64,000 bases of DNA from Octopus vulgaris (Eukaryota). Of the stretch, positions 1 through 14,525 are shown piece after piece. The stretch is from contig OX597831.1 in the NCBI GenBank assembly GCA_951406725.2, positions 81,096,001 to 81,160,000 on the forward strand, given 5' to 3'. Position 1 is the stretch's first letter, and the number at the start of each line of letters is the position of its first letter. The position numbers and the translations under genes are program-made. Below the pieces are notes generated by a model. It saw only the letters and a program-made list of their open reading frames with translations. It did not search any database and was not told where the DNA came from.

Positions 1-845
1 AATAAAAAGGAGTACTGGTGGAATGTCCCAGTGAAGACCTAAATAAAATGTAAGCACAACAGACCTGATATAATGATTTGGGACAGAGAAAACAAACTAT
101 GTACAGTGGTGGAAATTAGCTGCCCAGCGGATTTTAGCATAAAGCTGAAGATCAGTGAAAAGGAGAACACCTACGCTGAACTATTGAGACATCTGCAGTT
201 ACTCTATCCAGATTACAAGGCCAGGTTTATACCTGTAATTATTGGGGCCCTGGGATGTGTAACACACTGCCTAAATACTAATCTTGAAATATAAGGCTTC
301 TCAAAACCAGAAAGGAGAAAGCTAATTCGAAGACTACAGATCCAATCCATCACTGGAACTGTAAAAATCTGTAAAACTTTCCAGAAGTTTATCATTTAAA
401 TATATATAAGTGTGTCTAGATATGCAACTATATGCATGAGAAGACATACATACATACAATACATACATACATACATACATACAATACATACATACATACA
501 TACATACATACATACATACATACATACATACAATACATACATACATAAGGACATACATACATACGTACGTACGTACGTACATACATACATACATACATAC
601 ATACATACATACATACATACATACATACATACATACGGACATACATATATGTATGCATGCATGCATCCATACATACATGCATACATACATACATACATAC
701 ATACATACATACATACATACATACATACATACAAAAATACCCTGTTGCTGATGTTGAAATTCCAAAGAAGGAGCCCTGGACCTAGATTAGGAACCGATTC
801 TTTCTCTATTGACAAGAAATCTTGAAATAAACTGAATAATGACAT
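1..845 (+). mobile_element. 3' part of an R4/Dong-like (restriction-like endonuclease) non-LTR retrotransposon with an internal (TACA)n tract in the 3' UTR; truncated by the window start
   Basis: Translation HNRPDIMIWDRENKLCTVVEISCPAD..EKENTYAELL..FIPVIIGALG matches the RPD..E..K REL endonuclease motif. A close copy lies at 34489-35133. Premature stop at 292-294. Confidence 0.8.
445..731. repeat. (TACA)n microsatellite
   Basis: Direct reading; source of the YVCM/HTYI pseudo-ORFs. Confidence 0.97.
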
Positions 846-1576
846 ACATATACATATATGTATATATGCGTCTGTGTGTCTTACCATTTACAAGTATGCA
901 TATAATCGTATATGTCGGTGTATGTCTGTGTGTCTGTGTACGAGTGTATACACTTACCCACACATATACATACTACATGTACACACACACACACACACAC
1001 ATTCATATATACAAACAAACGCACTCACACTTCATAATCCGTTTACGTCGAAATTATTCTAAACATGATATTTGATACAGATATAACAATGAAATTAAAC
1101 ACCTCGGATAATATCTAATCCGATAGTCTTAAATATCATCGTATATGATATGAGATTATCGGAAAGAAGAAAAAGAACAACATCACCAACACCGGCGCCA
1201 CCACCATCACACCAAGGATCTCAACAACAACAACATCAACAACAACAAAAACATGGAGTTTGTCACATAAAGGTTATAAAATAAACAACAGTCGAAACGG
1301 GTGAGTATGGAGTAGAAGACGGTGTCCAACATGGCAGCTAAATCGAAAGCGAGGTCGGTGATAAAACTATCATTACTCAGGCAAAAGTGTTGTAGTGTCA
1401 CATAAAACCCGGAGTTATGAGCGGTGGCGGGGGGGTGGGGGTAGGGGGGGGGGGCTGGTGAAATATATTAACGATAAATGGTGGAGAGTTTGGAGTGGCA
1501 GGATTTTGAAGTGGTGTGATCTGTACTCACATAATTGGTGTAGGTAATAACGGGAAGAAGACACGAAAAGCAACCC

Positions 1577-1620
<44 letters not shown>

Positions 1621-1806
1621 GTATACACAAAAATACGCACACATACACGTATACACACGCACATACACGTTTGCAGACACTACACAGAATCATACGAATG
1701 TATGTATGCATGTATGTGTGTTTGTGTATGTATATGTATGTATGCATGCGTACACGTACGTATGTGTATGAGTAAGTATCTATCCATCTATATGAATGTA
1801 TGTATT

Positions 1807-1848
<42 letters not shown>

Positions 1849-2081
1849 CACTTTGGCATATTTCACCGCACCAATTCGCAGCTGACCGACCAACAATCAT
1901 GACGCATATGTTGCGTTTGTGTGTTCAATAATGTTTGCAACACAAGCGCAGCTTCTAATCGATATTTGTATTTATTCTTACGTATTCATCATTCGGGCAA
2001 CCATCAGATGGTTTTTACACCATTTTACTTATAGTCATGGACAGGCTTTTCAATTTGCCACCGGCTCGGTTCAAATACGTA

Positions 2082-2122
2082 ATGTTGATGAGCCACAAAA
2101 ATAGCGAAACATCGATATTCAT
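2082..2122 (+). ncRNA. Degenerate type I hammerhead-like motif
   Basis: aug-UUGAUGA-gc..gc-GAAA-c-aucgau-a-UU-cau: C3U core, 2-bp helix II, palindromic helix III loop, 3-bp helix I. Confidence 0.3.
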
Positions 2123-2600
2123 CGCTCCTGGGTGGCATTTGGGGTGAGTTGTCCCGCATGCCTATGGCCGTCGGGTGTTTTAACACTCGGCACTTTGAGA
2201 GTGTCCTCCCCACGGCGTCATGTGGCTGCCTACCGGAGGACAAACTAAGCACCAGCATTGCATACGTCTGTTCGATAAGGCACATATGAGTGTGTGTATG
2301 TGTGTGAGTGCGTGCGTGTATGCGTGTTTAAGACATTCATGTATGTATGTATGTACGTATGTATGTGTGTGTGTATTTATGTATGTATGTGTGTATGTAT
2401 GTATGTGTGTATGTATGTATGTATGTATGTATGTATGTATGTATGTATGTATGTATGTATGTATGTATGTATGTATGTATGTAGGCCTTATTAATAGCAG
2501 ATACCCGTAGCTAGAGAAAGCAGCGATTCTTCCATCAGCGACATACATAGCACCACAGTGACTAAGGCACTAGTGATGATGATGATGACGATGATGATGA

Positions 2601-3155
2601 TAAATGCCCCGATGCAGTACCAGGCACTGGTTCACATGGCTTCTGATCTTAACTGATTGGAAGTGTTATCATGTACACTGTTTTGTCTTGATCTAAAAGA
2701 TGGCCTACAACAAATATTCTGCTCAATACCACAGATTTGCTTGTCAGTTGTTTGGCCTTAATCAGTTGAGCATGTCCCTTGGTGACTGACGATATGTGCA
2801 TCTCTGATCCCGGACAGAAACAAAGGGGAGCATCATAGCCATGTGTTGAGAGGTGTTCTTTCGGGGTTTGGATAACTCACCTTTGGAAACATGGGTATTT
2901 CATTCCACGTCCTAAAAAAACTCTTATTCAGGGACCTTTTGAGCAGGATTTGTTACTCGACCTGAAGAAAATTCTAACTGGGCCCCACCTGCAAGATCAA
3001 GTGCTGCTTATCTTGATATGAGATCACCATGTCGCGCACATATGGTTGTGATGCATGTGCCTGGTGTACCCTTATTAGACGGGTAGTCATGACTGATATA
3101 TTGGGCTTCGTATATTCTATCCCAGTGTCAGTTTGTTGGCCTGCACTACTCTCTT
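2601..3155. repeat. Probable interspersed repeat between (GAT)n and (AAT)n tracts
   Basis: Sharply bounded non-coding block between microsatellites. Single copy in the window, so family status is inferred. Confidence 0.35.
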
Positions 3156-3158
3156 ATG

Positions 3159-3201
<43 letters not shown>

Positions 3202-3224
3202 TAATAAAAATAATAATAATAAGA

Positions 3225-3372
3225 GCTGGCATTTATTTTATCAACACTGAAAGGATGAAAAGCAAGGTCGATCTTGGCGGCATTTGATCTCAGAACGTAA
3301 GAACGGACGAAATGCTGCTAAGCATTTTGACCGGAGTGCTAACGATTCTGCCAGCTCGTCGCCTTAATAATG

Positions 3373-3454
<82 letters not shown>

Positions 3455-3682
3455 AACCGATGATGATGATCCTTTCTCCTATAGACACAAGGCCTGAAAT
3501 TTGGGGGAAGAGGATAGTCGATTACATTGACCCCAGTGAATAACTGGTACTTATTTAATCGACTCCGAAAGGATGAAATACAAAGTCGACCTCGGTGGAA
3601 TTTGAACTCAGAACGTAAAGCCGGACGAAGTACCGCTAATCATTTCGTCCGGCGTGCTAACAATTCTTCCAGCTCGCTACCT
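3225..3682 (-). mobile_element. Two SINE family B copies separated by (CTA)n
   Basis: Reverse complement of the 38127 element (cgttctgagttcaaattccgccgaggtcgac...). Confidence 0.8.
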
Positions 3683-3837
3683 AAATAATGATAATAATAA
3701 TAGCACTGCACACGTCCTACGCAGAACACTTTCCATACAATAACCATCAGAGCATCACAACAAATCACAGCACATACCCAAGGCACACAGAGCTGCGCTC
3801 GGTAGTGAAGTGAAAGCACGCTATAAAAATAAAACTA

Positions 3838-3840
<3 letters not shown>

Positions 3841-3914
<74 letters not shown>

Positions 3915-3939
3915 TAATAATAATAATTATTATTATTAT

Positions 3940-3975
<36 letters not shown>
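3841..3975. repeat. (AAT)n/(ATT)n/(ACT)n compound microsatellite
   Basis: Direct reading. Confidence 0.95.
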
Positions 3976-4439
3976 CCTGCATCAACTCGTTAACTCCCCA
4001 GTGTCAGGTGATATGGGCCAATGAGGGTTAAGTGCGCATGTTTGTCGGTTGAGGATATTTCTCGGTCAGCTGTAGTTGTTAATGTATCGATAACACATCA
4101 GGACAGAGAATCAACGGATCAGATATCTGTAATCGATGCTAGTTTGTAATTTCGATGACAGGAATGTGATATCGAATGTAAGGCTGCGAGAGAGAATTCC
4201 TCAGAAGCTTATTGGAAGAGAAATTGCATATAATTGAACAAGAGAGAAACTAAATGGGATCTGATGCAGAGTTAGTGATGTAGAGATTTAAGAGTGTCCT
4301 AAGCACAGATACGAGGCGGACGAGTGAGAGAGAGAGAGGGAGAGAGAGAGAAGGAGGGGAGTCCGGAGATGTAGGGAAATATAAGGAAACCAATATGAAG
4401 GAAGATAAGCAAGAGAAAACGATGGAGGGTAGGAGGGAA

Positions 4440-4487
<48 letters not shown>

Positions 4488-5163
4488 CGAAGTAATTATG
4501 CATGTATTTCATGATTAGTGGCCGAAGAAAGATTGGACTTACAGAGCGGAAGTGTCCATGCATAATGTGACGTTATTTCCGGTTAACTTTGAAGCTCGTT
4601 CTCCTGTTTCAGCAATATCTACATTATGAAGTGTAATAAGAAAATAAGTTATCGATGTTAAATGAGCAGGAACCACTCCGTCTTAGAATACATCAAAGCG
4701 TTAATTGCACATGTTAATGTGATCTGGGTAATAATATACATGAAGCTAAATAACCAACCAACCTCTCAAATAGAACCTTTATTTCTTCAGCTTGTCCGTT
4801 TGGGCCTTACATCATCTCATCGTCCTACGCCCCTTGCAACCATCAATGTTATTAGCACACAAATGACCAATGTACACTGATGCATTCCACTCAATAACAG
4901 ACTGAAATGCGCTTTAATGCGCAATTATGCCATAAACAAAACCCAAATATGAAGTAATCTGGCTTTCTTCTCTCTCATCTTTCTTTATGGCGGCATTCTA
5001 GTTTTAGTATCCATCCGTCCATCAATTCTCTCCCTTGCCACCCCATCTCTCTCTCTCTCTCTTTATACATACATACATACATACATACATACATACATAC
5101 ATACATACATACATAACATGCATGCATATATACATGCATGCATATATATATATATATATATAT

Positions 5164-5214
<51 letters not shown>

Positions 5215-5251
5215 TGTCTATCCTATGTCTGTCGCTCTCTCCCATATTTTG

Positions 5252-5305
<54 letters not shown>

Positions 5306-8300
5306 CACGTACATATGTGTATGTGTGTGTGCATAATTGAACGTGTATAAAATCATTTTATATATATTTCCATTTACATCTATGTTTGCATATGTATACA
5401 CACTTTACTGTATACACAGAAAGATACGTGAGACGTGCAATAGTTTAGAATCCTGGAGCGGTGTATACGAGGGACATAGTTCACATTTGACATGCTGCCC
5501 TCCTTTGAACCACCCCTCATCACTGCACCAAACTCTAAGCCAACATTTCACAGCCCTTTCAGTCTAACGATGTCAGTTTAATTGACACCTTTACTAATCG
5601 GATAAATTTATTTCAATCTGTTTCCCACCCACATTGAAATCCTGACAGAGCACCCCCACCCCCCGAGGACAGTCGACGAAGGGCGGCGCTCTTGATTTTC
5701 TTCAAGGCGTCCGCAACTTGTGCAAGAAATATATCTGTTTATAACATTGACGCAGCTCTATTAATCGTCTTTTAGTTCCATTAAAAATGGAATCGTCTTA
5801 ATAACGCATGAACCAATGGCTCAGCTGCTGGTGTAAAATTTCCAGTTTAATGACATCAAAAGACAGGAACGATTTATTTCTGAAGTAATGAACAGAACAT
5901 GAAGCATCACTTGCACTAACAGGTTCCGCCTACGTTGGACGTTTCACATGGAAAATCCTATCAGAACTACTGGTCTGTGGTTTTCATCCATCTCTTGTCT
6001 CTTGAAAGATGTAGTTCTCTCTCTCTTTCTCCCTATCCTTCTTCTCCCTTCTCTCTCTCTCTCCCTGGTATTTTCCAAGGTTCGGGTTTGTCGCCTACAC
6101 TCTCACTCTGATTCATCCAAAACCTACCTGCTGTCACCTTCATTAACGCGCAGAAACACACCTAAGCAGGTGACACCAAACTTTACAGCACCTTAACCTC
6201 CCGCACTCAACCATCTTTCACATGTAGCCTTGATATTCCACGCCAAATCTGATTTGACTCCATAAACAGCCCCTTCAGGGGCCCAAATATCATAGTCTCT
6301 TTCAGCAACACAAACCCTATCCCATATCAATAAAACTATCTTGTATTATCACCAGACATGCACAACATGTACATAAAAATCCGTCAAGGTTGTTACGAAC
6401 GCAAGACCTCACTGCCAATTCGTATTTCTTCTGGTAAATGCAGTTCTTTAGTAGAACCAAAACTCTATCTTAAAGGCTCAAACTATCAATAACTATTGAT
6501 TCCCAACGGAGCCGAGTTGATAAGCGCAATGGAATACTGATTCGACATTTGAGCGATGTTGCTGTTATTTGAGAGAGTTTGCTGTATGCGGCCTTCCGTG
6601 TTGCGAAACGAGCCTATTGGAATTGTTCGTAGAATATTTTGGGGTTTTGATGTGAGAATGGAACCGAAGCGGAGGACGTAGAATCCATGGTTGATCTAAG
6701 ATTGTGTTTGTATATCGGCATTGCTGTTTCACTGACCAAATGTACTGGATGAGAGTGTAATGAGGACGTTGGGAGTTGCTTTGCCGGCGTTATGGCTTGT
6801 GAATGTGATGGCGGTGTACTGTTACTCGTCTCACTCATTTAGACAGCGGCCATGCTGGGGTACCACCTTGAGGAATTTTAGTCGAACGAATCGGCTCCTC
6901 TACTTTTATTCCTTAAAGCCTGCTATTTATACTACGGGGATGTAAACAAACCAACAGCAGCTGTTTATTTGTATGAGTGTATAGCATCTCATCATGAAGT
7001 TTCTCTTCGAATTATCTACTGAGATAATTCGAGTTACCTTTTAGTGAACAATATTCACGTCATTCACACATTTAAAACATTTGATTTCGCACACATAAAT
7101 ATTTGCACACAGAATTGCATACTGACACACTCACGTACACGTATATACACACACACACACACGGCACACCCCGCATGTACACACACACACATATACATCC
7201 ATCCATCCATCCATCCATCCATCCATCCATCCATCCATCCATCCATCCATACATACATACATGCATACATACATACATACATACATACATACATACAATA
7301 CACACACACATACATACATACATACATACATACATACAAATACAGATACTCCTAACCACATACAAACCTAGCTCTTAAAAGTGATTTCTCATCATTTATT
7401 TGTCTTTTAAACACAGCAATACATAATCTACAACCATTTATTTACCATTGAATTCACATCACGTGAGTTCCTAAACCAACCAATCGTTGGCTACTGTAGG
7501 TGGCGACAGTGACTAAACATTTCCTGTCTCAATATAGATATCTCACGCTTGATTTCAATTTATTTAACAATAACCGAAACATTTCCGAGAATTTCGTTGA
7601 AGCAGACGATATATTTCTTTATCATTTAAATTAGTTTTATTAAATGAATTATGAATTTGTTTTTTACATTTTGTTGTTCACCATTGTTTTTTTTTCCTTG
7701 TGTGTGTCTCCATTAATTTGTAGAATTAATTTGTTTATGAATCGAATCAGTCTTTGTGAATCTGATTGTTCTCTAACAACCATATTACTCTTTAAGTGCT
7801 CGAACGTTCCGCTCTAAGCAACCTCAACTATAGAAGGAAATTAAACATAATCTATATATTTAACATAATCAAGCAATGTCATAAAGATCGATAAACTTTT
7901 GCAGCAAAATCAAAATAAGTATCGATATTCTTTGAGTCTTGGAGTGGAGAAGTGGATTGCTAGGAATGATAGAGAGAACTTTCAGTAGTTAATTCTATCC
8001 TTAGCGTTCTGAATCAAAAAATAACCTTGATTTTTTTTTTACCTTTCTGAATACCATGGAGTAAGTACCAGTCATATAACCAGGAGCAATACACTCCACT
8101 TAATCTCCTTCCTTAAGATTCTGGGCTTCTTTTTAAGAGGGAATTTACTTGTTATTCGCCTCTGTATTTAGTCATTAAGTCCAAACAGATTTTAAACAAA
8201 GACCAACGCGAAGAACCGAATTGGTTTCGGCTCTGAGAAAATAATGAATAAATAAATAAATTTCCAAGAACAAAAGCAATTAAAATAAACAAACAAACAA

Positions 8301-9291
8301 AACAAAGAATATTTAAATACCTTTTCTTTAAGACGAAGAAAACAAAGAATAGAAAAAGAAAGTTGGAAGCTGTTTATCTCGCCATCTTCTCGTCAGATAA
8401 ACTTGTCAGTTGAATGAAGAATGGAAGGAAACTTTTATTTCTATTTATTGAAATAACAAACCATTAAATGAGATTTTTTTCGTTTTATCTTTCAATTTTT
8501 CTTATTGTGTTTTTCTTTTGTGCTTTTGGTGTTTTTTTTTTTGTCTAAATTTCTTTCTTTTACGTGTTAAATGTATTTTCTCAGTCGACTTCACCTACCT
8601 TGACCAAGACTCGAAACACTATAACTATACTTTATTTTATTGCATCACTAACGTTGATACAAGTTTTAATAGTTTCTCCAAGACATTCGAAACCATTTTA
8701 TCAAAACCAACGATTCAATTCAACAAGCAGAAAACAATATTTCACGATTTTTGAAATGTGCGAATTTCGGCAGACGATCAGTTTTGTTGTATCATGGAGG
8801 TTTGTGCCTCGATGTCGCTACGTTTGTGGCTGTATCTATGTATCTCTGTGCATGGACGCTTCGCTCTCCCTCTCTCTCTCACTTTCTGTCAGTCTGTCAG
8901 TCTCTTTCTCTCTCTCACTCTCACTCTCTATGCATGTATGTATGTATGTATGTATGTATGTATGTATGTATGTATGTATGTATGTATGTATGTATGTATG
9001 TATGTATGTATGTATGTATGTATGTATGTATGTATATATATATATATATATCTTTAAACAACTTATAAACAAGGGCAAAAGAAAAAAATTTCTAATGCCA
9101 AAAATGCCGAAACTAGACACATCGTCCATACCTTTAAAGGTATTTTTTAATATGCTGGCCATTGATAAAATTTTTTTCGAGAAATTTTATCCTATATATA
9201 TATATTATATATATATATAAATAAATAAATATACATATATATATACACACATTTATATATGTATATATATGTATGTATATATATATAATAT

Positions 9292-9659
9292 AGGCTGCGT
9301 GTAAGAAGTTTGCTTTCCGACTACACGCTTCCAGGTTCAGTCCCACTCCGTGGCACCTAGGGAGAGTGTATTCTACTATAGCCACGGGCCGACCTTGTGA
9401 TCGGATTTGGTAGATGGAAACTGAAAAAAGCCTGTCGTACATATGTGTGTGTATGTGTCTTTGTATTTGTTTTTCTCCCCTTTCCCTCCACCATTTGACA
9501 ACCGGTGTCGGTGTGTTTACGTCTTTATAACACTGAGGAAGTAAGTGCCAAGCTCTAAGAAAAATAAGCAGTGGGACTGATACATTCGATTAAGAATTCT
9601 TCAAGGCGGTGCCCCAGCATGGCCGCAGTCTAATGACAGAAACAAATAAAAGAAAAAGA
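9292..9659 (+). mobile_element. tRNA-derived SINE family A
   Basis: B-box-like ggttcagtccc; tail ggcggtgccccagcatggccgcagtc..gaaac; homologous to 39542-39955. Confidence 0.8.
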
Positions 9660-9690
<31 letters not shown>

Positions 9691-9841
9691 AGTTAGAGAG
9701 AGGGGGATAGAATGTTGAATGCTTGTATATCGTACGATTGGTTATCATTGGTGTAAAAAGGTGAAACAAATCTCTCGTCGAAAGCACACAGACAACATAT
9801 ACACAGTAATATACACACAGAATATACACTCGTGCACAGTG

Positions 9842-9917
<76 letters not shown>

Positions 9918-11454
9918 GCACGCATATACATGTTCACACATTTGTCCAAGTGGCCACTACACTCTGCGTAGATGTGTGAACGGTTGTAGAAGCCATAACT
10001 CTTTACAAATGTCTTTTATCAAGTGTTACAAGTCCGCCATTTATAAACGACTTCCTGCCGCCAAGAATTTGGATCTTTTCACAAGGATTTGCCCTCTCTT
10101 TGACACTAGCACCACCCCTAACCACTCCAGCGACACCTTTGCCCCCACCTTTAACGACACACATGAGACAACAAGGGAGTCACTACGTGGTCGCTTAAAA
10201 TCGTAGAAATACCAGCCACATGTCCCTCAAGTGACACTACCGTTTTAAACCAACCACACAATGTGTGCTTTACATGTTGAGGATGGTTGGTCACAACTGG
10301 AATGCATTTTGGTCATGTCTTCTGCACAAGGGATGGCTTCGGGTCTAAACAACAAAAACAACAAAAGTATTTGCACGCGTTCCACCACCAAAACTGAGAG
10401 AACCGCTACACGGTAACTTGATCTGCTAAAAATAACACCCAAATCCCTCTCGAATCGCACCTTATACTAAAGATTTAAGGTGGTGGAAAGCGGTAGGTAA
10501 CTATAGTGGAGCGGAGGATGTTGTAGTAGTGGTACTAGGACCACAGTGAGGAGAGAGAGAGAGAGCAGTATGTGTGTGTATTAACTGAGTCGTGAGTGTT
10601 TACTAAACAGTTGGATGGTTTAAATGTGGTCTACTCTCACCACCATCATCACCACCATCAACGCCGCCGCCACCACAGCCACCGCCGCCACCACCGCCAC
10701 CAACACCACCAGCACCGCCGCCACCACCGCTACCACCACCACCACCACCACCACCACCACCACCACCATTAGTACTACCGCCGCCGCCGCCACAGCACCA
10801 TTATCACCACTACCACTACGACCACCTTCAACAACACCACCACAAATATCACAGTTGCTACTCCTACTTCTGTAACAGACACGCATACCACGGCGACGAT
10901 GACCACCACCAACACCACCACCGCTACCCCCGCCACCACTACCACCCCCGCCACCACCAAGAACAACAACAGCAACAGCAATCACAACATTTCAATTCAA
11001 CAAAAATGTCGGCTCTCTATTTCATTTGATTTATTGAATTTTGTATTTATTTAGACAAAATTTCACGTCGTGTGGATGTGTGTGTATGTGTGCGTGTATG
11101 CGTGTATGTGTGCGTGTGTGCGTGTGTGTGTGTGTAGATATGTAAATATACACATATATGTATATGTGTGTTTATGTGTGCTTACAGTAGGTTAACCAAC
11201 TTCCCTCTACTTCACCTTACACTTATCCATGTTTGGTAGACACCCACTCACTCATATCTTTTGTTCCTTTTTTTCAGCTTTAGACATTAGTCAACGTCCA
11301 TGCTGTAGCACCGCCTTCAGGAGCTTTAGACCATCTGATAGACACACATACACACACACACATATACACACACACATACACACACACACAGTCAAACAAA
11401 TAGACACCTCTATATGTAGATATGGAGAGAGAGAGAGAGGCATATATATATATA

Positions 11455-11870
11455 TATATTCTTTTATTCTTCTACATGTTCGAGCCATTTAACTGCGGCC
11501 ATGATGGAGCACCGCCTTAGAGGGTTTTAGTCGAACAAATCGACCGCAGGATTTATTCTTTGTAAGCCTAGTGCTTATTCTATCGGTCTCTTTTGCCGAA
11601 CCGCTAAGTTATAGGAGCGTAAACAACAACATCAGTTGTAAAGCGATGGTCGACGACACAAACACACATACACACACACACACACTCACACACATAAATA
11701 TATGACGAGCTTCTTTCAGTTTCTGTCTACCAAATCCACTCACAAGGCTTTGATCGACCCAGGGCTACTGTAGAAGAAATTTGCCCAAGTTGTCACGCAG
11801 TGGGACTGAACCTGGAACCAAATGGTTGGGAAATAAGCTATTAATACTTACCACACCGCCACGCCTGCGC
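11455..11870 (-). mobile_element. tRNA-derived SINE family A
   Basis: Full-length reverse-complement homolog of 39542-39955. Confidence 0.85.
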
Positions 11871-11871
11871 C

Positions 11872-11918
<47 letters not shown>

Positions 11919-11934
11919 AGAAATAGATAGTCAA

Positions 11935-12275
11935 ATACATACTTTGATAGGTTTCGGTCAGTTTTGGCCCAGGCCATGTCTAACTTGATGGCACCACCTT
12001 GGCGAAGTCATTCAAATCAGGAATCGAGCAACATAGCCCACTCGAGAAGAGAGTGGGCCATTTACGGAGGCATATCCGGGTGGAGGAGGTTTATCCGGGA
12101 TTTCTTGAAGGAATTTTGCCAAAGATTTCTTGAACTTCATGGGGTCTGTTTCTGCTGTAATGTGTTTTGGTGTAATGTCGGAAAGACAAGGGTAACAGTG
12201 TTGATATCTCTCGACTGGAAAGTCCTGAGAATCAAAGAATGCATTCTGTCGGCCATGTCAACTTTGCTGGTTACA
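11935..12275 (-). mobile_element. CR1-group LINE 3' fragment with internal deletion (same family as 55725-56945)
   Basis: KVDMADRMHSLILRTFQSRD; 3' tail aagttagacatggcctgg..gaccgaaac matches 56896-56935. Confidence 0.7.
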
Positions 12276-12610
12276 ATAGATAGATAAATAGATTTGTTCG
12301 TACATACGTACATACATACATACATACATACATACATACATACATACATACATACATACATACATACATGCGTACATATATACATACACACAGACATGCA
12401 TACATGCATACAAACATATACATACATATATACACACATACATATATTTATACACACATACATACATACATACACGCACACACATACATGCACACATACA
12501 CATATACATATACGTGCTTGCATACATACGTACATACATGCACACAAACACATACACACATATAAACATACACACACACACATACACAATACATACATAC
12601 ATACATACAT

Positions 12611-12649
<39 letters not shown>

Positions 12650-12668
12650 CATACATGCATACATAATG

Positions 12669-13057
12669 TATTATTACAGAGGTCAGCTGCCCCGCAGAAG
12701 TAAATATCTCTTTGAAAATCAAAGTAAAAGAGGATATCTAAGGACAACCGTTTCGAAACCTTTCAGTTTCTATATCCAGACTATGAGTTCATATTCCTAC
12801 CAATAATAATTGGAGCACTGGGTTTTGTTAGTAAATGCTCAAAGGAGAATCTGGATAAACTGGGATTTTCAGAAAGAGAAATGGACCGGCTGATTCGTAT
12901 ATTACAAGTGCAATCTGTGAGTGGAACAGTAAAAATATGCAAGACTTTTCTCAAGTTCCAAATGTGAATTTGTCTGTGTTAACTACATCCCAAAGATGGA
13001 GCCTTGTTGGAAACTGGCTCCCTCCTCAGTGGAAAATTTATAATAATTAAAAAATAG
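12669..13057 (+). mobile_element. R4/Dong-like REL LINE 3' fragment (second subfamily) embedded in (TACA)n/(CA)n
   Basis: EVSCPAEVNISLKI..IPTIIIGALG..LIRILQVQSVSGTVKICKTFLKF, homologous to 1-400. Confidence 0.75.
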
Positions 13058-13184
13058 AAGATACACACACACACACACATACAGACACACACATACATAC
13101 ATGAATACATTCATACATACATAAATTCATTCATACATACATACATAAATACATACATACATACATACATACCTACATACATAC

Positions 13185-13219
<35 letters not shown>

Positions 13220-13680
13220 CAATACGTAAAAGAACAAAGTCAAATGAAACTGGTTGTGCTCTGTAAAAATATATGTAGGTGCATGTGTGTCTATGTAAGG
13301 GTGTTTAATTGTATTTTTATTGGTGTGTGTGTGTGTGTGTATAGTTACATGCGTATAGGTGAGTATGCGTATCTGTGCGTCTGTGTGTGTATATGTGTGA
13401 ATGTTTGAGAGCCTTTTTTTTATAAATGTAAGTGAGGAAATGTATGTCCCAACATATAACGATGCCTTTTGTCCCAGCCATGTCCTATGACGGGTGAGGC
13501 CACTGACCAGCGATAAGCAGATCATAAATCAAAGCCGGGCTGACCGCAACTCCATACAGGTTGGTGACAACGGTGACGCCATCAAGTCGGCTAAACTGAC
13601 CCATTCCCTCCATCAAGCGATTTAGGACAATCACACAAAATAATGTGATTAATATTATCATGGTCACAATCTCTCACTCT

Positions 13681-13722
<42 letters not shown>

Positions 13723-13753
13723 GCATGTATGTATGTATGTATGAATGTATCTC

Positions 13754-13804
<51 letters not shown>

Positions 13805-13809
13805 ATCTA

Positions 13810-13841
<32 letters not shown>

Positions 13842-14193
13842 TCTATCTATTTTTTTAATATAAACTATCTTGACATTCTTTTTACTTTACATAAAATACT
13901 CTTTACATCCTACTGTTGTTTTATTGCCATCTATTTCCGAGTGTTATAATTTTATTGGTAAAATATTTTTCTGGGAAAGAATTACGATTTATAACATTGC
14001 TACTATAGGATATTACAGTTCTGTTTTACGAGTTTTCGTTTTACGATCGGTCTCCAGGAACAAATTTACTTGCATATCGAGGCATTACTTTATATATATA
14101 TGATTGATTCCAGTTTCAGCTTATGAGCTGTGGCCATAAATATATCCACATATATACACGCACATATATGTGTGTAAGTATATATATATATAT

Positions 14194-14515
14194 ATCAAAA
14201 TAAGCAATAAGTATATGCGAGGTAGGGTGGTACAATTGTTTCATGCTACTTAATTTTATTAAACACTGTAAGTATTACATCAGTTTTAAAATGTCGAGCA
14301 ATCTTCAGCCACTTGCTCGACATTTTAAAACTGATGTAATACTTACAGTGTTTAATAAAATGAAGTAGCATGAAACAATTGTATCACCCTACCTCGGATA
14401 TACTTGTTGCTTATTTTGATTATAATCGCCCCATTTGATTTATATGGATAATACCATACAAAATTCTGGTGCCTTTGACTTAAGTACCATATTCATCTGC
14501 ATCTAAATTTTGCTG
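14194..14515. mobile_element. (TA)n-flanked foldback element: arms 14194-14301 and 14313-14420, 11-nt spacer, ~95-nt one-sided tail; PLE-like inverted pLTR
   Basis: Arms are reverse complements with only a few mismatches; contains a hammerhead fold. Confidence 0.85.
14227..14312 (-). ncRNA. Type I hammerhead ribozyme, canonical core
   Basis: gugg-CUGAAGA-u-ugcu..agca-u-GAAA-C-aauu-G-UA^ccac: helix I 4 bp, palindromic ACAAUUGU helix III, GUA cleavage triplet (cut between 14231 and 14230). Confidence 0.8.
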
Positions 14516-14525
14516 ATATATATAT

